Below are positions 56,981 through 64,000 of a DNA stretch of 64,000 nt, piece after piece. Every line of letters starts with the position of its first letter. The first letter of the stretch is position 1. This DNA comes from Chthoniobacterales bacterium (GTDB lineage Bacteria; Verrucomicrobiota; Verrucomicrobiia; Chthoniobacterales; UBA10450): positions 30,514-94,513 of the forward strand of contig JBBROO010000005.1 of assembly GCA_038229295.1 (NCBI GenBank). The letters are read 5' to 3'. The position numbers and the translations under genes were made by a program. A model generated the notes under the pieces. That model made no database searches, was not told the origin of the DNA, and saw only the letters and a list, made by a program, of their open reading frames with translations.

Positions 56981-57730
56981 TCAGCTTTTCGGGATGCGTT
57001 GATCTTGCGGGATGTCGATCTTGTCTTCGAGAAATTTTAATCGGCGCAGCAATGTCGGAAGTCGTTCCTTTTCGCCGGCATCGTAAAGTTGGCGCAAACG
57101 TTCATACGCCTCGCGCTCGCGCCCGTCGCAATACGAAAGTTCATAGGCCGAAAAGCGTTTGTCGTAACTGGGCGCGCCCGGCTGCGCCGCTGCTTTCGCG
57201 AAATACTCAGACGCATGTTCGTGATCGTTGTATTTGTCTTTGTAAAGGCGCGCTAACGCTTCGTAAAGCTGGGGCTTGTCCGGATTATTTTTAATTCCGC
57301 GCTCGAGAAAATCTTTTCCGATCGCGAAATATTCCCGCTGCTTTTTCAATCGCGCCGCCAGCGGCAGCGTTTGATCATTCATCGCGGCCACGCTCGCGTT
57401 CCACGCCATGTGCCATGCGGCCATGTCCCAAAACAAAATCGCGCGCGGTTGCAGAGTGGTGGCCTGGCGAAACAACAAAAAGACGCGGCCCCATTCGGTT
57501 CGCTCCCAGGCGACGTGCGCTTGAATGAAAACGATGTCGGCGATGATGGAGCGAAATCCGCTGAGCGCCGCGACGAAACCGAGCTGGCCGATTTGTTCGC
57601 GTAGACTGAGATCGAGTTGGGTTCCGCGCAAATGTAGTTGTCGATCTTGCGCGAGGAGATTGCGCTCGAGCGGGAGTCGCGCGGCGCCGAAGACGATCAC
57701 GATCACGATTACGAGCACGAGACGGATCAT
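56981..57730 (-). CDS. TPR-like repeat membrane-anchored protein
   Basis: Start trimmed to MIRLVLVIVIVIVFG (ATGA overlap with the permease stop); the rest of tracked ORF 56981..58066 overlaps the permease gene. Confidence 0.5.
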   Translation of the reverse strand: MIRLVLVIVIVIVFGAARLPLERNLLAQDRQLHLRGTQLDLSLREQIGQLGFVAALSGFRSIIADIVFIQAHVAWERTEWGRVFLLFRQATTLQPRAILFWDMAAWHMAWNASVAAMNDQTLPLAARLKKQREYFAIGKDFLERGIKNNPDKPQLYEALARLYKDKYNDHEHASEYFAKAAAQPGAPSYDKRFSAYELSYCDGREREAYERLRQLYDAGEKERLPTLLRRLKFLEDKIDIPQDQRIPKS

Positions 57731-58587
57731 AATTCCTTGCCGTAGAAAACGACGATGGCGAGAAGCGTGTAGACGATCGTGTAAAAAAATCCCATCGCGG
57801 CCGTTTTGAAAAACAACGCGAGCGGAATGGCGGTCCCGGCAACGACGGCATCTACGAGATTGAAGGCTTGCAGATCCGGAAAGATGAGCGCGACGAGCGC
57901 GAGAAACATTTGCGTCAGCCAACCAGCGCCTTGTTGTTGCAGCCAATATTCGCGCGCGGTTTCCTGGAGATGTCCGATGAAATAAACGAAGACCATGACG
58001 ACAACGGTGAAAATATTCGTCGTCGCGAATGTGGTAACGAACAACGTGAGCGCGGCGAGCAAACACGCTTTCAGGAAAATGAGGACGATGACGGCGAAGA
58101 TGTCGATCTTAAGAGCGGACTCGCGCACGACGCGCAAGGCGTCGTTGAGTTGTTCGTTAGGTGCGGCCGCCATTTGCCGCATGGTTTCGTGCATAACAGT
58201 TTGCTCGCGCGCGTAAAGCACCACGCAAAACAATGCACTCATGATGAGCGTGCTCAGTGCGAGCAAGGCGAGGACGCCGAAAAGTTTGCCGATGAGATAT
58301 TCAAACCGCGGCACCGGCTTAGCCAAAATGGTGTAGGCGGTGCGATCTTCGATGTCTTGCGGAAGCAATCGCGCGGTCGCGAGAATGGCGAGCAGCGAAG
58401 TAAAGATCGACATCGTGCCTAACGAAACATCTTTCAGGATCTGGAACTCCTGCTGAAAACTGAATCGCGCCATAAAGGCGGAGCTGCCGATGAGAATAAG
58501 TGCGAAGATGAGGACGAAGTAGAAAACTTTCTGGCGAATCAGATCGGTCAGCGTGTTCGACGCGATGGCGATAACGCGTGTGATCAT
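57727..58587 (-). CDS. ABC-2 type transporter permease
   Basis: 286 aa, 6 TM helices, translationally coupled to the upstream ABC ATPase. Confidence 0.6.
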   Translation of the reverse strand: MITRVIAIASNTLTDLIRQKVFYFVLIFALILIGSSAFMARFSFQQEFQILKDVSLGTMSIFTSLLAILATARLLPQDIEDRTAYTILAKPVPRFEYLIGKLFGVLALLALSTLIMSALFCVVLYAREQTVMHETMRQMAAAPNEQLNDALRVVRESALKIDIFAVIVLIFLKACLLAALTLFVTTFATTNIFTVVVMVFVYFIGHLQETAREYWLQQQGAGWLTQMFLALVALIFPDLQAFNLVDAVVAGTAIPLALFFKTAAMGFFYTIVYTLLAIVVFYGKEL

Positions 58588-59435
58588 TTGTCCTTGCGCG
58601 TCGCGTCGAGAAAGAAGCGCTCGAGTGTCGTTGTCGATCTTCGGCGGGCCACGAGTTTCGCGTTCGAATCTTTCGCGAGAACTTCGATTTGGTTCACGAG
58701 ATCGTTGGACGCATTTTCCAAAACGAGCTCGGTTTGGTTTTCGAGCGCGAGCAATTCTTCGAGGCGACCTTCGCGCACCAGCCGCCCGTTCGCGAGAATC
58801 CCGACGCGATCGCAGACTTCCTGCACTTGCGCGAGCAAATGGGAAGAAAGTAAAACGGTAATTCCGCGCCGCTTAAGATCGACAATCAAATCTCGGATGT
58901 CGCGCGAGCCGGCGGGATCGACACCGGCAGTCGGCTCGTCGAGCACGACGACTTGCGGTTCGTTGATCAACGCTTGCGCGAGTCCAATGCGTTGCAGCAT
59001 TCCTTTTGAGTACGTGCTCAGACGTTGATCGCGCGCGTCCGTTAGGCCAACGAGATCGAGCAATTCGTCGATGCGCCTTTGCAAACTGGCGCCGCGCAGC
59101 CGGCAAAGCTTTCCGAAGAAGCGCAGCGTCTCAGTGCCGCTAAGAAATTTATAGAAATATGGATTCTCGGGGAGAAATCCAACGGCTGCGCGACTGCGGA
59201 CGCGCGAACTGTCGCGGCCAAAGATCGCGGTGGTTCCGCGCGTGGCCGAGACGAGCCCCAAAATGATTTTCAGGGTCGTGCTTTTGCCAGAGCCGTTTGG
59301 CCCGAGAAGTCCGTAGACTTCGCCGGGCGTGACGGCAAGATCGACATCTTGCACTGCGATGATGGCGCGGCGCCCAAACGGCACCGGGAAAACTTTCGTT
59401 AGGCCGCGCACGACGATGGCTGGTTCAGTAGTCAT
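58584..59435 (-). CDS. ABC transporter ATP-binding protein
   Basis: Start trimmed to MTTEPAIVVRGL; Walker A GPNGSGKST, signature YSKGMLQR, Walker B VVVLDEPT. Confidence 0.9.
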   Translation of the reverse strand: MTTEPAIVVRGLTKVFPVPFGRRAIIAVQDVDLAVTPGEVYGLLGPNGSGKSTTLKIILGLVSATRGTTAIFGRDSSRVRSRAAVGFLPENPYFYKFLSGTETLRFFGKLCRLRGASLQRRIDELLDLVGLTDARDQRLSTYSKGMLQRIGLAQALINEPQVVVLDEPTAGVDPAGSRDIRDLIVDLKRRGITVLLSSHLLAQVQEVCDRVGILANGRLVREGRLEELLALENQTELVLENASNDLVNQIEVLAKDSNAKLVARRRSTTTLERFFLDATRKDK

Positions 59436-59703
59436 GGCGAATTTCAAAACCGCTGGCTTCGACCGGCGCTTCCAATTTGTTCTCGGTCGTCTTGCGAATG
59501 TGCGCGCGCAATTCGCTTTGCCCAATCGCTTCCAAAAATCCGCGCACTTCGCCCTCCTCGCCGCTGATCTGCATCTCAACGCGACCATCGACAAGATTCC
59601 GCACCCAGCCTTTGAGATCGAAACCCTTGGCGATGTGCCTAACGGACCAGCGGAAGCCGACGCCCTGGACGCGGCCCTCGAAAAAAACCTGCAGTGAGAT
59701 CAT
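59425..59703 (-). CDS. acyP: acylphosphatase
   Basis: 92 aa, GRVQGVGFRW and GWVRN motifs. Confidence 0.85.
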   Translation of the reverse strand: MISLQVFFEGRVQGVGFRWSVRHIAKGFDLKGWVRNLVDGRVEMQISGEEGEVRGFLEAIGQSELRAHIRKTTENKLEAPVEASGFEIRHDY

Positions 59704-59745
59704 GCGCGCAGCTTGATCTTACGAAAAGTGTGCCGGCGCGAAAGT

Positions 59746-60201
59746 CTAGTTGGGCGAAATCGAGGGACCCGGAATCGGTGTCGGCTCGAAATTCGGAGCC
59801 GGTTCGGAAGTCGGAAGCTTCGGCTCCGGATAATCGATATGCGGGATGGGCGTCGGCGTTGCCGTGACGGCAGCGACGAGCGTGGCGGGCGCGGGGCGGA
59901 TGTCATCGCTGGCGACAAAACCTTCTTCGCTGCCAGCAGCGAGTCTTACTTTCGCGTAGCCGAACGATGGATGGATCAATGTCATGAGCGCATCGCGTGG
60001 GAGTTTTTTGTCGGGGCCGTTGGCCTGTTGCGGGCCGTAATGATAAAATGCGGTGGTATCGGCGACGACGGCGTAGAATTTTCCACTGTTGGCCGCGCTC
60101 GGACGATTCGGATTCGATTTAGCGCAGCCGAAAATAAACAACGCCGCGGCCGTGAATGCCGCCAGCGCGACGCCAGTTCTCATTGTCGATCTTGCAAGCA
60201 C
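59746..60201 (-). CDS. hypothetical lipoprotein
   Basis: Signal peptide ending FIFGC, proline-rich C-terminal tail. Confidence 0.45.
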   Translation of the reverse strand: MLARSTMRTGVALAAFTAAALFIFGCAKSNPNRPSAANSGKFYAVVADTTAFYHYGPQQANGPDKKLPRDALMTLIHPSFGYAKVRLAAGSEEGFVASDDIRPAPATLVAAVTATPTPIPHIDYPEPKLPTSEPAPNFEPTPIPGPSISPN

Positions 60202-60237
60202 AGCGCTCAGCTTAGCTTAAGCCGTTCCCACGGCGCG

Positions 60238-60702
60238 TTATTTATATGAGTAAACCAGGCAGAAGGTGCTTTCGCCGCCTTCGATCAGGTTGATGGAGAT
60301 GAAATATTGGCCGCTGGTCGTGGGCGAAAATCCGGCAGCAGCCCGGCTGCTTTCATTATAACCTTCGGTCGTGACCAACTTTCCGGTCTCGTCGTAAACG
60401 GTGACGTCGATTTTTTTGGCCGGATCAATTGCACCGACGGAAAACCAATACTGATTGCCGGCGTAAAGATTTACCGCGATGACGGTGTTCTCTTTTGGTT
60501 TGAGAATGCCGGCCCAATGTCCGTCGCGCATTTTAAATCCGTCATTGGAAAATGCGCCCGCGAGATCGAGCACGATCTTGTGCGCCTGCACTTCCTTGTC
60601 GCTTTCGGCGGGCGCGGGGAGAGCGGTCGCTAGGATCGACCCGCCTACGCACAAGGCTACGGCGTGGCGAGCAACGGACAAGATCGACAAGAACAACTTC
60701 AC
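60238..60702 (-). CDS. hypothetical secreted protein
   Basis: 154 aa, cleavable-looking signal peptide MKLFLSILSVARHAVALCVGGSILATALPAPA, beta-rich remainder. Confidence 0.4.
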   Translation of the reverse strand: MKLFLSILSVARHAVALCVGGSILATALPAPAESDKEVQAHKIVLDLAGAFSNDGFKMRDGHWAGILKPKENTVIAVNLYAGNQYWFSVGAIDPAKKIDVTVYDETGKLVTTEGYNESSRAAAGFSPTTSGQYFISINLIEGGESTFCLVYSYK

Positions 60703-61517
60703 TTCTTCTTCGCCTCGTCCTTGTGTTGAATCTGGTCCATCACTTTGCCGACCGCTTCGTTGACCTTGCGCACTTCGTCGGCATTCGGCGCTTTGTTAGG
60801 CGGAAACGAAACCAGCTTTTCGATTCCGACCAACTGTTCGCTCACCTCCTTCACCAGCGGATCGTCGCGCATGTCGGGCGAGATATCGCCCATCTTCGCG
60901 TGAATAAAATTGACCAACGCCGGTTGCCGTAAAATTTTCGCCGCGCGTTCGTCGTAGTTCTGCATCACTGACGAGCTAACGACTTGCGCTCCGCGGATCC
61001 ATCCGCCGACGCTGACGAGAATGACGAGGTCCTGATCGCGATGTGTCTGCATGGAAGATTTCACTTCGTTTTGCGTGGCCTCGAGTTCTTCCTGGAGCGC
61101 GTCCCACTCGCTGTTCTCGGCAAATTCGTTGATGCTGCTGCCGCGACTCAAAATGTTTTCGCTCACGCCCAGCGCCTTCGCCATCTTGATGATGTCGGTG
61201 CCGATATTTTTTACGGCCTGCCCATCCTGCGCTTCAATGGCGATGAATCCGTCGGCGATCAAGCCGCCGAGATTGAGCGCGATCTGCGGACGGTTTTTAT
61301 ATGTCATCGCGATTGGCCCGCGGAATTGTCCGGTCCAATTCGGCTTGCCCGGTTTTTCGAGCGCGGCAAAAAGTTCGCCTGGTGTGGGGATGCTGATGGA
61401 ATCGTGGCGGATCGCACGCGCCATTTGATCGGCTGGGAGACGCTGCGGCTCGGCGCTGATGACGACGCAGCACGCGAGCAGCGAAGCACCGACCGCGAAA
61501 TGTTTGCAGCGATTCAT
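60699..61517 (-). CDS. hypothetical secreted protein
   Basis: Start trimmed to MNRCKHFAVGASLLACCVVISA signal peptide; no recognisable family. Confidence 0.4.
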   Translation of the reverse strand: MNRCKHFAVGASLLACCVVISAEPQRLPADQMARAIRHDSISIPTPGELFAALEKPGKPNWTGQFRGPIAMTYKNRPQIALNLGGLIADGFIAIEAQDGQAVKNIGTDIIKMAKALGVSENILSRGSSINEFAENSEWDALQEELEATQNEVKSSMQTHRDQDLVILVSVGGWIRGAQVVSSSVMQNYDERAAKILRQPALVNFIHAKMGDISPDMRDDPLVKEVSEQLVGIEKLVSFPPNKAPNADEVRKVNEAVGKVMDQIQHKDEAKKK

Positions 61518-61597
61518 GCGGCCCAAGCGTACCCGCGGAGAGCGAGATTGCCAGTGGGAATTGCCGGGCCGCGGTTTGCGTTCAACAAAACATCGCA

Positions 61598-62785
61598 TTA
61601 CGGCACGTCGTAAAAGCCTTCCGCGCGCAGCAGCAGGAATGTGGTGGGGCTATAAACATTGCCGCGGACGAAGACCTGGTAGAATTGAAACGCATCCGTT
61701 AGGGCGACGATGGCGATGGCCAGACATAGGATGCGCCGCGACCAATTACTCCCGCAGCGTCCGGCAAGATCGACAATCGCAAACGCGGCGGCCAGGCGAA
61801 TAAACATGTCGATGAAAAGGACGAGCCGCACATTGACGATCGGCATTTGGCCGAAAAAGAGAATGGCGCTGGCGAAATAGATGAGTGCGAGATTGCGACC
61901 ATGCCGAACGGAATCGTTAGGCGAAGTCGCGAAGCCGACGATCGACAAAATGAAAACGACTGGCGCGATGGCGAAGAAGTCGAGCAGGTAGCGGAACCAC
62001 GGGCCTTTCTCGTAATGGACGGTGTAATCGAGCGTCTGTTGGAGGGACGCGTAGGTGCGATACGTCCGGAGGAAATTGCCGACGCCGCCGCAGATCGCGA
62101 TTTCGGTCGTTAGGTAAAGCAGCGGCGCTGCGATCAACGGCAGCAGCAGCCACTTCGACGGCCGCAATTTCATTGCCCGGAAATAATATGCGGCTGCAAT
62201 CGCCATCATCGGGTAAAGCAGCACCGCAGATTCTTTCGTCAACAACGCGAGGCAAAGCGAAAGGCCGAGCGCGATAAGATCGACAATGGAACGTCGTCGC
62301 CAGCATTGGTCGAAGAAGTAAAGGCACGCCAGCATGATGACCGCGGCGAAGGTTTCTTGCGTAGCGCGGCGCGAAAGTCCGGCCGCGAGCGGCGAGGTGA
62401 TCAAAAAAATCCCGCACAAGATCGACATGTTGCGGCCGGCGAGATTTTCGGCGAAGCGCGCGCCGAGGATGACCAATGCGATTCCCGAAATGAAAGAAAG
62501 CCACGCGATATTGTCAGGAGTGAAGCCGCCGAGAATTTTGCAAGTCAGCGCCGCCGGCAAAATAAATCCGATGCGCAGCGGCAACGGCGACTTCTGCAGA
62601 TTTTCGTTAGTCGGATAATCGTGCAGGATTTGGCGAATGCCGGCGACGCCGTGATCGTTGAATGTCTGCGCGAAGACGGTATAAGCGCGCTCGTCCCAAC
62701 CGGTGCGCTTCACGCCGAACATCGTCGGCAGACGAACGGCGATCGTGATTGCCAACAGCAGCAACAGCCAGGTTCTCGAACTCAT
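61598..62785 (-). CDS. polytopic membrane protein, probably family 39-like (ArnT/PMT_2) glycosyltransferase
   Basis: 395 aa, about 10 TM helices, first loop with DERAY-type acidic motif (GWDERAYTVFAQ). Confidence 0.5.
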   Translation of the reverse strand: MSSRTWLLLLLAITIAVRLPTMFGVKRTGWDERAYTVFAQTFNDHGVAGIRQILHDYPTNENLQKSPLPLRIGFILPAALTCKILGGFTPDNIAWLSFISGIALVILGARFAENLAGRNMSILCGIFLITSPLAAGLSRRATQETFAAVIMLACLYFFDQCWRRRSIVDLIALGLSLCLALLTKESAVLLYPMMAIAAAYYFRAMKLRPSKWLLLPLIAAPLLYLTTEIAICGGVGNFLRTYRTYASLQQTLDYTVHYEKGPWFRYLLDFFAIAPVVFILSIVGFATSPNDSVRHGRNLALIYFASAILFFGQMPIVNVRLVLFIDMFIRLAAAFAIVDLAGRCGSNWSRRILCLAIAIVALTDAFQFYQVFVRGNVYSPTTFLLLRAEGFYDVP

Positions 62786-62816
62786 CGACGAGCGAGAGTA
62801 ATCTGCGAAAAGTTAA

Positions 62817-64000
<1,184 letters not shown>

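Noticed and set aside
56981-58066. Full 361-aa tracked ORF as a single protein
   Set aside because: Its first 112 codons overlap the ABC permease gene in another frame and are Arg/His-rich. A signal-anchor start (MIRLVLV) overlaps the permease stop (ATGA), giving a 249-aa TPR-like protein.

Overview
GC-rich, densely coding chromosomal segment from a diderm bacterium. The taxon cannot be determined here; gene set and repeat style are reminiscent of soil Verrucomicrobiota/PVC or Acidobacteriota (low confidence). I call about 58 protein genes and one tRNA-Arg(CCT), and find no rRNA, CRISPR, IS element or prophage. Content: two RND efflux operons (one with a TetR repressor and an 18-bp palindromic operator); three PilT-family ATPases (one solitary, two in tandem followed by an HNH nuclease gene); a cyclase-TPR protein; a hybrid histidine kinase; a glycan carbamoylation/acylation cluster whose carbamoyltransferase is frameshifted; housekeeping genes (tilS, gltX, glnS, aroE, proC, nadA, xth, fabD, ispD, eno); and a complex I operon nuoD-lipoprotein-nuoEF-nuoGHIJKLMN without nuoABC. 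The most striking signal is not a gene. The word AAGATCGACA (extended consensus GCAAGATCGACAT) occurs 99 times exactly (50 on +, 49 on -), about one per 650 bp against about 0.1 expected. It lies inside genes in all six frames and at gene junctions. This looks like a DNA-uptake-sequence-like or HIP1-like genomic word that I cannot match to anything described. A second word, CGTTAGG(C), occurs 58 times. Two families of long hairpin repeats fill intergenic gaps, including inside the nuo operon: a GTCATCC...GGATGAC inverted-repeat element (5 copies) and a heptamer-array hairpin (2 full copies plus a half). Counts were made by eye and may be off by a few. M in the ORF track often stands for GTG/TTG, and several tracked ORFs are over-extended 5' through repeats; I trimmed starts where the sequence justified it.
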